This document shows, one piece after another, positions 29,644-38,636 of a stretch of 49,682 nt of DNA. This DNA comes from an uncultured Pseudomonadales bacterium (GTDB taxonomy: Bacteria; Pseudomonadota; Gammaproteobacteria; Pseudomonadales; IMCC2047). Below the pieces are notes generated by a model. The model had not been told where the DNA came from. It ran no database searches and saw only the letters and a list, made by a program, of their open reading frames with translations. The stretch is taken from contig CAYYRK010000001.1 in assembly GCA_964473915.1 (NCBI GenBank), forward strand, positions 1-49,682. The letters are read 5' to 3'. The first letter of the stretch is position 1. Every line of letters starts with the position of its first letter. The position numbers and the translations under genes were made by a program.

Positions 29644-30391
29644 ACTCCTACTTTCATGGCACCACCGGGCTGGACTGTCCTCGGCAGTTTTCATACTGTT
29701 TCTGGCCATTACAGGCATTATACTGAACCATTCAGCATCACTGGAGCTATCTGAACGACCACTAGAATCAAAATGGCTACTTAAACGCTACGGCGTAGAA
29801 AACCCACAGGTACTGGGCGTTGAAACTGTCGCCGGATGGGTTGCGCAACTTGATCACTCCCGCGTCTACCTTAACACCCTGGATATAGGTTCCTGTAGCA
29901 GCCCGCTGGTCGGAGTGGTTGTCCATAAAAAAACAGTCATTGCAGCCTGTCAGAGCGCATTAATCATGACAACACTCGACGGCGAACTGATTGAGAAGAT
30001 CAGTGCCACACAAGGGTTACCCAGCCCGATCTCAGGTATCGGAGTGAGCCGAAACGGAAAACTTCTATTAGCTACAACACACAATACGGTGACGGCAGAC
30101 CTGCTTGCCATGAAATTTACCCCACTGGATCAAGCCGCTACAGAAGCTATCAAATCGGGCACTCTAACCTCACCACCCGCTTACCTTGAAAAGCAGCTAG
30201 CCCAACTACACAAGGGTAGTGAGATCAGTCTTGAACGAGTTATTCTGGATATTCACAGCGGCCGGTTTTTTGGTTCCTGGGGGCCCTGGATAATAGATAT
30301 TATCGCTGTAGTATTCACCTTTTTGGCGCTAAGTGGCTGTATTGTTTGGACCCGGCGGATAAGGCGAGGCAAGCACCCCCGAGCGAGGTAG
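29624..30391 (+). CDS. PepSY-associated TM-helix membrane protein
   Basis: 255 aa. It has the N-terminal WHHRAGLSSAVFILFLAITGIILNH helix and a C-terminal TM helix with a basic tail, typical of the PepSY_TM family. A 20-nt overlap with the upstream FMN-binding gene implies translational coupling. Confidence 0.75.
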   Translation: MKHKILKLLLSWHHRAGLSSAVFILFLAITGIILNHSASLELSERPLESKWLLKRYGVENPQVLGVETVAGWVAQLDHSRVYLNTLDIGSCSSPLVGVVVHKKTVIAACQSALIMTTLDGELIEKISATQGLPSPISGIGVSRNGKLLLATTHNTVTADLLAMKFTPLDQAATEAIKSGTLTSPPAYLEKQLAQLHKGSEISLERVILDIHSGRFFGSWGPWIIDIIAVVFTFLALSGCIVWTRRIRRGKHPRAR

Positions 30392-30461
30392 GGCAGCAGA
30401 CCTGCTAGTGGAGGGGTATTATTCTCTGCCTGAAAGTAAACTCATCTCCCATGCAAAGAAG

Positions 30462-31169
30462 TCATTCATAGTTTTCCAACCGTTGTCGATCCAGAATTTT
30501 TATTCGCTTGCCATTTATTTCGATAATTCCCTCGTCAACCAGCTTATGGATAATTCGAGATAGGGTCTCTGGCTGAATAGACAACTGAGCAGCAATCAAC
30601 CGTTTAGCCACAGGCAGCAGGAATTCTGACTGATTATCAGACAAGAGGATCATTCGAGCCATAAAATAACGTATGACTCGATGAGTGGAGTTTTTCAGCG
30701 ATAGCACTTCAATCTCTTCGAGCCGATCTTTCAAACGAACACTGAGGTCCCCGAGTAACGCCAGGCTCAGTTTCGAGTTATTTCTGACCATTTCCATATA
30801 CTCTTCACAGGGGAAACAGATTAGCTCTGTAGATTCTGCCGCCTGCGCTGAAACCGGGTAAGTATTTTGGGACTTGAACATCAGGGCTTCGGCAAAGGAC
30901 TGGCCATCTGCAGCCAACCCAAAAATCTTTTCAGTACCATCCGGCAGGTTACGAAATAACTTTATGCAACCCGATATCACAAAATAGAAGCAGGAGGCAT
31001 CATCGCCCTGCTGAAACAGAAAATCTCCCCGCGAAATACTGACGATATGTGCGGTCCGGATGAGCCGCTCAAGATCATGCTCATCCATGGGCGAAAACAG
31101 ATGATGGCGTAGTAGTAATTGAGCGTGAATTTTGTGAAACTGCATTTTATTGTTTGGCTCTTGATGCAA
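30462..31169 (-). CDS. Crp/Fnr-family transcription regulator, DNR/NnrR-like (no Fe-S cysteine cluster)
   Basis: 235 aa. It has a cNMP-like beta-roll and a C-terminal HTH with the FNR-type recognition helix ETLSRIIHKL (E--SR). It has no N-terminal Cys motif. It is divergent from nirS. An alternative start lies at 31145. Confidence 0.85.
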   Translation of the reverse strand: MHQEPNNKMQFHKIHAQLLLRHHLFSPMDEHDLERLIRTAHIVSISRGDFLFQQGDDASCFYFVISGCIKLFRNLPDGTEKIFGLAADGQSFAEALMFKSQNTYPVSAQAAESTELICFPCEEYMEMVRNNSKLSLALLGDLSVRLKDRLEEIEVLSLKNSTHRVIRYFMARMILLSDNQSEFLLPVAKRLIAAQLSIQPETLSRIIHKLVDEGIIEINGKRIKILDRQRLENYE

Positions 31170-31678
31170 TAGGATGAAAGGGCGTCCATTTTAGCCTCAG
31201 TATAGGGTTATATACAACCACACCGGCACTCGGATCCGGACCAAAAAAACTGCCGAACCTATTGAAAAGTATCCGTAAAATGGGTTAATCGAACTGCCGG
31301 GAACCCCTCCCTCATCCCAAAATCACCCAATGCAAAGGTTTACTGCGGACAGTTCGTTAATCAAGCCAGCTACCAGCCGCTGATCCGAACTAGGCCCAAC
31401 CATATGATTTAACAGAATAACATTCCTTAAGACAACTGATCGACAAGCACAATCACGACTCGACACATAGCAAAAAATAGATCCATATAAGCAGCGCAAC
31501 CGAATTCACCTTCGAAGCCGCCGCCTCCCCTACAACCACTATTATGAGAGCCGTATTACCTCAACTTTTAGATAAAAATCTTTCAGATTAGTGCACCAAC
31601 CTGTCAGGCTCACGCTCCTGTTACCCCCCCACCTTAAAAATTGCTTAAGTTTGACTCATGTTTTTGAGAAAAATTTAC

Positions 31679-31692
31679 TTGATCCCGATCAA
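31679..31692. promoter_or_regulatory. Perfect FNR/DNR box TTGATCCCGATCAA upstream of nirS
   Basis: It exactly matches the TTGAT-N4-ATCAA consensus. The centre is about 157 nt upstream of the nirS ATG. A TAAAGT hexamer at 31715..31720 fits a class II (-41.5) promoter geometry. Confidence 0.8.
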
Positions 31693-31842
31693 TTCAATCC
31701 GGGCTTGAATTGCCTAAAGTTACTCCCTATATTAGTGGCTTGAATGCGCATTAGAAAAAATCATCATGTGGAACGAGTTATTACTAAGCCGTACGTATTG
31801 GTTAGTAGCAACTATTTTTTTATTAACAGAAGGAAACCATCA

Positions 31843-33471
31843 ATGAAACGCTCGAACCTAGCTCTATCAACTCTGGCCTTGGCCTTGGGTTTAACGGCTG
31901 GCGCACAGGCATCAACCCATAGCGCGCCAACCTTGACTCCAGCCGAATTTGACAAAGCAAAATCCATGTACTTCCAGCGTTGTGCGGGTTGTCATGGTGT
32001 ACTTCGCAAAGGTGCAACGGGCAAAAACCTGATGCCCAAAAACACCCTCAAAAGTGGCACAAAAAAATTAAGTCGCATTATCGAGCTGGGCACTGAAGGT
32101 GGCATGAATAATTTCGATGATATCTTCAGCAAGGAAGAGATCGATCTATTAGCCAAATACATTCAGTTAGAGCCACCCATTCCGCCAGAAATGTCTCTGT
32201 CACTGATGAAAGAACGCCACAAAGTGTTTGTTGCCCCCAAAGATTACCCAACCAAGCCTCTACACGGTCTCAACTGGAAAAACTTTTTCGTTGTTATCGA
32301 GCGTGATGCCGGCACGGTCGCTATTATTGATGGTGACACTAAAAAAGTGATCGACCATATTGACACCGGCTATGCTGTACACGTTATTAAGGGCGCTGAG
32401 CACCACACTACTGAGCATGACCCCAAGTACGAAACGGGTCGTTTCTGGTATACCCAGGGTCGCGATGGCAAAATGACTAAAATTGATCTGTGGCAGAAGC
32501 CTGGATCCATGCTGGTCGCTGAAACCCAGATGGCCTATGACGCTCGTGATGTTGCCGTTTCTGGTGATGGGAAATACGTTATTGGCGGCGGCTACTGGCC
32601 TCCGCACTTTGTTATCCTTGATGCATTAACCATGGAACCACTAAAAGTGGTCTCCACGCGTGGCACTGATGTTGACGGTAACTATGTTAACGAAGCGCGT
32701 GTGGCCGCTATCTACACCACGCCTAACGAGCCTACCTTCCTGGTTGCTGTTAAAGAGCTGGGGCAGATGTGGCAAGTTGATTACAGCGATCTAGATAACC
32801 TGCGTATTGAGCAAATTGACTCTGCCAAATACCTGCACGATGGTTTCTTCGATCCAAGTGGTCGCTATTTCCAGATCGCTGCAAATGCCTCTGACAAAAT
32901 GGTTGTCGTTGATACCAAAGAACGTAAACTCGAAGCGATGATTGATACCGGCAGCAAGCCGCATCCAGGCCCTGGCGCCAACTGGATCGACCCTAAATGT
33001 GGTACGGTTTCTGGCACCACCCACCTGGGTGAAGGCCTTATCTCTGTTTGGGGCAACGATCCCATCAAAAATAAAGGTAACGCCTGGAAGATGTGTTACG
33101 AGCTTGAGACCGATGGAGCCGGTGCATTTATCCGCACCCATCCCAAGTCCCAGTATGTATGGGCTGATCAGCTTAAGCACCCTGAACCTGAAATTCAGCA
33201 GAGCGTACAGGTCTTCGATAAGAAAACCCGTAAGATTGTGAAAACCATCCGCGTTACAACAGAACCTGGTAAAGCGGCGCTTCACATGGAGTTCAATGAT
33301 GACGGCACCGAAGTTTGGGTATCTGTCTGGAACAGAAAAGACAGCGGGAACCCCACCGGTGAAATCGTGATTTATGATGCCAAAACTCTTAAAGAGAAAA
33401 GCCGCATCAAAGGTCTGACCACTCCGACTGGTAAGTTCAATGTCTACAACCGTATTAACCATGTAACCTAA
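31843..33471 (+). CDS. nirS: Cytochrome cd1 nitrite reductase NirS
   Basis: The signal peptide is MKRSNLALSTLALALGLTAGAQA. The haem c motif is in FQRCAGCHGVLRKGATGKNL. A d1 beta-propeller follows, and the C-terminal TPTGKFNVYN is as in Pseudomonas NirS. The ORF is open from 31744, and the ATG at 31843 has a GAAGGAAA RBS. Confidence 0.95.
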   Translation: MKRSNLALSTLALALGLTAGAQASTHSAPTLTPAEFDKAKSMYFQRCAGCHGVLRKGATGKNLMPKNTLKSGTKKLSRIIELGTEGGMNNFDDIFSKEEIDLLAKYIQLEPPIPPEMSLSLMKERHKVFVAPKDYPTKPLHGLNWKNFFVVIERDAGTVAIIDGDTKKVIDHIDTGYAVHVIKGAEHHTTEHDPKYETGRFWYTQGRDGKMTKIDLWQKPGSMLVAETQMAYDARDVAVSGDGKYVIGGGYWPPHFVILDALTMEPLKVVSTRGTDVDGNYVNEARVAAIYTTPNEPTFLVAVKELGQMWQVDYSDLDNLRIEQIDSAKYLHDGFFDPSGRYFQIAANASDKMVVVDTKERKLEAMIDTGSKPHPGPGANWIDPKCGTVSGTTHLGEGLISVWGNDPIKNKGNAWKMCYELETDGAGAFIRTHPKSQYVWADQLKHPEPEIQQSVQVFDKKTRKIVKTIRVTTEPGKAALHMEFNDDGTEVWVSVWNRKDSGNPTGEIVIYDAKTLKEKSRIKGLTTPTGKFNVYNRINHVT

Positions 33472-33494
33472 ACAGTTATACGGATGTGCTTTAT

Positions 33495-33530
33495 TGAAGA
33501 GGCGGGGGTAACCCTGCCTCTTCATTCTTA
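33495..33530 (+). terminator. Intrinsic terminator-like hairpin downstream of nirS
   Basis: TGAAGAGGCGGGG-GTAA-CCCTGCCTCTTCA forms a 13-bp stem with one G.U pair and a GNRA-like loop. It is followed by a T-rich TTCTTA. Confidence 0.6.
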
Positions 33531-33742
33531 GCCTAAAAAAACACAGCCGGGTGGCAAAAGCCTGCGCAATATTCTGATGCAACAGGGAAATTTGAAAAGC
33601 TCTCATCAATTGAGCAATCTTGAGTTTTACAACCCTCCTACTGCACAACAAATATTGCACCTCTTTCCGCATCATGCTGAGTTTCCTCAGGTTTACATTC
33701 AATAATAAAGTAATTTTCTTCTCGGCCAGGAGGTCAGTAACA

Positions 33743-35437
33743 GTGGCAGGTAAAAAGCTAAGGCATCTGTTGTCAAACAAGTTAATACTGGGCACTACGA
33801 TTGGAGCAGCCCTTACCTTCATGTTTGCAGGTGTTATTTTCTGGGGTGGTTTTAATACTGCAATGGAGGCAACCAATACCCTTGGTTTTTGCATCAGCTG
33901 CCACGAGATGGAAGAAAATGTATACCAGGAATATAAAGAAACAATTCACTACACCAATCGCAGTGGTGTAAGGGCAACCTGTTCGGACTGCCATGTACCT
34001 GACCCCTGGGTTCACAAGCTAGTACGTAAGGTTCAAGCTTCTAACGAGGTGTTTCATAAAGTGCTGGGCACGATTGATACACCAGAAAAATTTGATGGCA
34101 AACGCCTGCAGCTGGCTAAAAATGTATGGCGCGCCATGAAAAACACCAACTCTCGGGAATGCCGAAACTGTCACGATTTTGATACCATGGCCCCGGAATC
34201 CCAAAAGCCACGCGCTCGCAAACAGCATATGAATGCTATGGCGGAAGGTGGCACCTGTATCGATTGCCATAAAGGCATTGCGCACAAAAATGTTCACGAT
34301 CAACTAAATGATGAAGAGATCGATAAACTAACAAAACCAGACCCATCTCATGTAATCGATCTGCCACCACAATGGGTCAACTTTCTAGAACAGCAAGCGG
34401 CAGAAAAGGCTGCAAAAAAACAGGCCGGCCTAGCCGCCGCCGCTGCGACAGCAACCGCTAAAAAACAGGCTAATAAAGCACCAAAGCTCGACACTGCACT
34501 CAGTGCAAAGCAAAACATCAACACCAGCAATTCAACTTTTGACTGGAGCGGCGTTCCGGCCAGAGATATTAATATATTTTACCCTGGCCAGAGTTCTATG
34601 GAGTGGATCCTAGGACGCAAACATGGTGGTTCGCGCCCCTTCAAAAAAGGTGATCGATGTACCGATTGCCATGAAGAAGAAACGGTGGATATGGGGCAAA
34701 AGATCGTTTCTGGCGAGAAGCTTGAACCCAACCCTATCCTTGGAAAACGGGGCAGTATTCCCGTCACAGTTCAAGCTAGCCATGATGAGAAAAACCTGTA
34801 TTTACGCTTTCAATGGCCTGACACCGAGCATGTACCTGTATCCTTCGTCGATGGCGGAAAAATGGATCCGAAGAACGCTGTAAAATTGGCGGTTATGCTG
34901 GCGACCGATGAAGTAAAGTATGCGGATCGTGCCGGTTGCTGGGGCACTTGCCATGCTGACCTGAACAGCATGCCCTTTGTACCAGAGGGCCAGGATGTAA
35001 CCAAATACCTCACTGAGAGCCGCACTAAAATCGAAATCAAAGGTCGAAATTCGAAACCCTTGGGTGGCTGGGATCAGCGCAAAAGCGAAGATGAGATCAA
35101 AACTGAATACGACGCCAATCACTATATGGATATAATCCGCTATAAAGCAGGCGAGAAAAAAGTGGAGGACGGTGCAATTATGGCTGACCGCGTGATGGAT
35201 GAGAACTCTACCAGTGAGTTCACCGCTAACAAGCAGGGTGGTCAGTGGGTAGTAGAAATCAAACGTCCTCTTAAATCCAGTGTGGCAGATGACATCAATC
35301 TGGAACTGGGGCAGACCTACAACTTTGGCTTCGCCATTCATGATGATTTCAGCAGTGCCCGCTATCACCATGTATCCCTTGGATATAAATTAGGCTTTGA
35401 CAACAACGAAGCAGAGATTAACGCTATTAACCGATAA
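33743..35437 (+). CDS. NapC/NirT-family tetrahaem quinol dehydrogenase fused to a ~300-aa C-terminal periplasmic haem domain
   Basis: It has an N-terminal TM helix and then CISCH, CSDCH, CRNCH and CIDCH, the NapC/NirT pattern. An Ala/Lys-rich linker follows. The C-terminal module has CTDCH and CWGTCH. A GTG start at 33743 is preceded by AGGAGG with an 8-nt spacer. The ORF is open from 33620. Confidence 0.85.
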   Translation: MAGKKLRHLLSNKLILGTTIGAALTFMFAGVIFWGGFNTAMEATNTLGFCISCHEMEENVYQEYKETIHYTNRSGVRATCSDCHVPDPWVHKLVRKVQASNEVFHKVLGTIDTPEKFDGKRLQLAKNVWRAMKNTNSRECRNCHDFDTMAPESQKPRARKQHMNAMAEGGTCIDCHKGIAHKNVHDQLNDEEIDKLTKPDPSHVIDLPPQWVNFLEQQAAEKAAKKQAGLAAAAATATAKKQANKAPKLDTALSAKQNINTSNSTFDWSGVPARDINIFYPGQSSMEWILGRKHGGSRPFKKGDRCTDCHEEETVDMGQKIVSGEKLEPNPILGKRGSIPVTVQASHDEKNLYLRFQWPDTEHVPVSFVDGGKMDPKNAVKLAVMLATDEVKYADRAGCWGTCHADLNSMPFVPEGQDVTKYLTESRTKIEIKGRNSKPLGGWDQRKSEDEIKTEYDANHYMDIIRYKAGEKKVEDGAIMADRVMDENSTSEFTANKQGGQWVVEIKRPLKSSVADDINLELGQTYNFGFAIHDDFSSARYHHVSLGYKLGFDNNEAEINAINR

Positions 35438-35445
35438 GAACCTCT

Positions 35446-35817
35446 ATGGGGCAATATCTATTGCATAGTTTGGGAAGCATTTCCCGTTGGCTGGTCATCA
35501 TGCTTGCATTGGCGAGTGTGGTGGCGGCTGAAACCGTCGAGATAGAAATATTCCGGAAGGAGTATATACCCCAGGAGTTAACAATCAACAGGGGCGATAC
35601 TGTGCGCTGGGTCAACAAGGAAAGGCGTCAATATCATAGTGTCTGGTTTAAAGAGCTCGGCGAAGAAGACGGCGAGTATTTCTGGCCTGAAGAGGTATTT
35701 GAACGCACATTTGATGTGGTGGGCACCTTCCCCTATCGGTGCGGCCCGCACCCCAAGATGACTGCCGTCATTCATGTGAAGGGTGACCCCGTTCCTTCGG
35801 ATAGCCCTACCCCATAA
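35446..35817 (+). CDS. Type-1 copper cupredoxin (amicyanin/pseudoazurin-like)
   Basis: 123 aa with a signal peptide (...ASVVA-AE). The copper ligands are H in QYHSVWF and C, H and M in YRCGPHPKM (compare amicyanin CTPHPFM). It lies 8 nt after the upstream gene. Confidence 0.85.
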   Translation: MGQYLLHSLGSISRWLVIMLALASVVAAETVEIEIFRKEYIPQELTINRGDTVRWVNKERRQYHSVWFKELGEEDGEYFWPEEVFERTFDVVGTFPYRCGPHPKMTAVIHVKGDPVPSDSPTP

Positions 35818-35862
35818 ACTTGGTTAGAAACTAGTCTGGAAATCTCAGCTGAACTGCGAGAT

Positions 35863-37098
35863 TCAGCTCAGAAGTTCTGCATAATGTAGGAATTGAAGAG
35901 AGTCCCCGCTGCAAACAGTCTTCTCAGGAGGAACAACCACGAAACCATCGGCCCAGCAAGTGGAAGACAGCACACCAGAACTTTGGTTGCCAAATAGACT
36001 TGCCTGCAAGACTCCATTATCTCCACGGGCTAGTTGAGCGCGCAGATACTGTTTTCGGTTGCTCGGCCGTGTTAAATTAAAATCTGCAGTCACCTGCATC
36101 TCACGCGGCATAAAATTAGCGGCCCCCTGAGATTTAAGCAGATATGGCCTGGCAAAAAGAGAGAATGTAACAAAGACAGCCACGGGGTTTCCTGGCAAAC
36201 CTATAATAGGCGTGCCTAAAACCTCACCAAATGCGAGAGGTTTACCCGGTTTAATTGCCACCTTCCACATATCAAGTTGACCCAATCTCTCTACTGCCGG
36301 TTTAATATGGTCTTCGTCTCCTACAGAGACACCACCACTAGTAATGATACAGTCGGCGCTAGCGGCCGCTTCTCGCAGTGCTGACTCTGTTGCTTCGCGG
36401 GTATCTTTCACCACTCCGCAGTCAATACACTCCATACCCAATGCATCAATCAATCCTGTCAGCATATAACGGTTAGAGTTATATATTTTACCCGGCTCGA
36501 CGGGGGAGCCGGGCTCAAGTAGTTCGTCACCCGTTGAGAGCACAGCAATCCTCAACGGCTTATAAACTGGCACCTGAGCTATGCCTACCGATGCGATCAG
36601 CCCCATATGCTGAGGTTGTATCCGGATTCCAGCGGGCAGTATAGTTGCACCTGCCTCAATATCCTGGCCGGCTCGACGAATATTTTGCCCCTGTTTTATA
36701 ACTTCGGGTAGCTGTACATGATCGCCCTCAATGGTAAGGCACTGCTCCTGCATAACCACAGCATCCGCACCCAAAGGTATTTCAGCTCCAGTAAAAATAC
36801 GTGCTGCGGTACCCGACTGCAAAGGTTGCGGTGTTACACCCGCCGTCACACGCTGACTAACAGGCAGCCGTCCCTGAGCCAACTTCAAGTCAACTGTATT
36901 GATGGCATAGCCATCCATTGCGCTATTATCCGCTGGCGGCACGCTGACTGTTGATCGCAGGGATTCACCAAGCACCCTGCCCAGGGACGATTTTAATGCC
37001 ACCGGAGTTATTTCTCTTGTTTGCACAGCCTGATCCAGCAAACGCGTCAGCGCCTGCTCCACCGGCATTAAACTGGAAGGTACGGTTTTGTCGCTCAT
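35863..37098 (-). CDS. moeA: Molybdopterin molybdenumtransferase MoeA
   Basis: 411 aa with the MoeA architecture and motifs (SAMDGYA..., TSGGVSVGDEDH, PGNPVA). It has a 4-nt overlap with moaB. Confidence 0.93.
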   Translation of the reverse strand: MSDKTVPSSLMPVEQALTRLLDQAVQTREITPVALKSSLGRVLGESLRSTVSVPPADNSAMDGYAINTVDLKLAQGRLPVSQRVTAGVTPQPLQSGTAARIFTGAEIPLGADAVVMQEQCLTIEGDHVQLPEVIKQGQNIRRAGQDIEAGATILPAGIRIQPQHMGLIASVGIAQVPVYKPLRIAVLSTGDELLEPGSPVEPGKIYNSNRYMLTGLIDALGMECIDCGVVKDTREATESALREAAASADCIITSGGVSVGDEDHIKPAVERLGQLDMWKVAIKPGKPLAFGEVLGTPIIGLPGNPVAVFVTFSLFARPYLLKSQGAANFMPREMQVTADFNLTRPSNRKQYLRAQLARGDNGVLQASLFGNQSSGVLSSTCWADGFVVVPPEKTVCSGDSLQFLHYAELLS

Positions 37099-37661
37099 GA
37101 AACACCACCCTGCACACTGATAATTGCCCCTGGCACCGGCATTTTTTTTGACAGCATCGCCACAAAGTTGCAGGGACGATGTCTTAAATCTAACTGCTCA
37201 ACAATCACTCTGTCCCACGCGGTTCTGCAGGCTCCTGGGGAACCTGGCATACAGAAAATAACGGTATTATTGGCTATCCCTCCCAGCGCCCGAGACTGGA
37301 TGGTTGAGGTGCCAATCTCCTCGAAGGAGAATTGGCGGAATAGTTCGCCAAAACCCTCTATCTGTTTATCAAGCAGAGGGGATACCGCTTCTGGGGTGGA
37401 ATCACGATCAGAAAATCCGGTCCCGCCAGTGATGAGTATTACCTTAATCTGGTTATCGGCAATCCACTGAGAGACAATGGAGCGCAGCTGGTAAATATCA
37501 TCCTTAACAATCGCTTTGCCATAAAGCTTGTGTCCCGCTTCCTTTAGCCGTTCCACTAGAACTCCACCAGACCGATCATCTTCCTCCGTGCGCGTATCAG
37601 ATACCGTCAGTACGGCAATGTCCAGTGGTACAAACTCAGCATTTTTCGGTGCGTGTCCCAT
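37095..37661 (-). CDS. moaB: Molybdenum cofactor biosynthesis protein MoaB
   Basis: 188 aa. IAVLTVSDTR...DDRSG...ITGGTGFSDRD.TPEA...FEEIGTSTIQSRA...MPGSPGACRTAW closely parallels E. coli MoaB. Confidence 0.92.
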   Translation of the reverse strand: MGHAPKNAEFVPLDIAVLTVSDTRTEEDDRSGGVLVERLKEAGHKLYGKAIVKDDIYQLRSIVSQWIADNQIKVILITGGTGFSDRDSTPEAVSPLLDKQIEGFGELFRQFSFEEIGTSTIQSRALGGIANNTVIFCMPGSPGACRTAWDRVIVEQLDLRHRPCNFVAMLSKKMPVPGAIISVQGGVS

Positions 37662-37692
37662 TATCTTTCTCCGATTGATAGGTCGTAGTTTA

Positions 37693-38583
37693 TTACGATT
37701 GCGGTACCTGGCTCATACCAGAACGTCCATACCAATATCCATTGCAATATTCAAGTTGCGGAAGCTCTACAGCTTGGCTCTTCCCCTGCATAATCCTGCT
37801 TGCCTCTCGCAAAACCTGGTCGCAACCCTCCTGTTGTGGGCTGACTCGGATGATATCAACTCCCATCTCCTGCATCTGCGGAATCTCTTCAAGCAGGTTG
37901 CAGGTGCTCCCAGACTGGGTTTGAACTCCATTAATATTAAAAAGCAGCTGTTCCTCCTGTGACCAGAGTTGCAAGCCATCTGGATGCTCAATACAACTCA
38001 GCCGACAGTCATCCTTTGGCAAATTTTTTGCCCTGGCAGTAAAACAGCGTGCAGAGTAGGCCAGCGGCATTTTTCCATAACAGAAAACTTCTGTTTCAAG
38101 TTTGGCACTGTCACCGTGCTGAGAAAATTCTTGTAAAATATCCGTCAGTGTTTCACGTCCCAGCTCAACAGGCATTACCCAGCGTTTCATCCCCTGATTA
38201 TGCAACAGCGTGAGTGTCCGTGCGTTGTAAATATTAATGGTATAACCGCAGATAAAAGATTGTTTATTTTCGCTGAGCAACTGCACCGCAGACATATCAT
38301 TAGCTTCCACCTGATAATGTCCATTGTCACAAACTTTTCTTAGTGACTGTAGTTCAGAGCGAGCCTCAATCAACGCCATGGTGGAGAGGACCACCTCTTT
38401 TCCTGCTTCTTCAAGTTGAGCGGCCAGTGCCACCCAGTCCTTCAGTGTCATCTCGCGTCGTTTGGTACAAACAGCCTCGCCCAGATAGATAATATCAACG
38501 GGTTCGTCTGCCATTTTTTTATAAAAGTCAATAACTTGCTGTTTCGGCCAGTAATAAAGAAGGGGGCCGAGTGAAATTTTCAT
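37693..38583 (-). CDS. ubiV: U32-family protein UbiV (O2-independent ubiquinone hydroxylation)
   Basis: 296 aa. MKISLGPLLYYWPKQQVIDFYKKMADEPVDIIYLGEAVCTKRR parallels the N-terminus of E. coli YhbV/UbiV. It is downstream of ubiU. Confidence 0.88.
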   Translation of the reverse strand: MKISLGPLLYYWPKQQVIDFYKKMADEPVDIIYLGEAVCTKRREMTLKDWVALAAQLEEAGKEVVLSTMALIEARSELQSLRKVCDNGHYQVEANDMSAVQLLSENKQSFICGYTINIYNARTLTLLHNQGMKRWVMPVELGRETLTDILQEFSQHGDSAKLETEVFCYGKMPLAYSARCFTARAKNLPKDDCRLSCIEHPDGLQLWSQEEQLLFNINGVQTQSGSTCNLLEEIPQMQEMGVDIIRVSPQQEGCDQVLREASRIMQGKSQAVELPQLEYCNGYWYGRSGMSQVPQS

Positions 38584-38636
38584 AGTAGACTGATGCTCCA
38601 GAATTCTGTACTAAGGGGTAGTGGATGGTATCAGGA

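Noticed and set aside
33531-33742. A second FNR/DNR box in front of the NirT-fusion gene (TTGAAAAGCTCTCATCAA, TTGAGCAATCTTGA).
   Set aside because: The spacing (8 nt) or the symmetry is wrong. No sequence there matches TTGAT-N4-ATCAA.
32791-33894. A 367-aa ORF on the minus strand spanning the nirS 3' half, the intergenic terminator and the 5' end of the NirT-fusion gene.
   Set aside because: It is antisense to two genes with unambiguous family signatures and runs straight through a hairpin terminator. It has no recognisable motif, signal or RBS. It is most likely a chance open frame.
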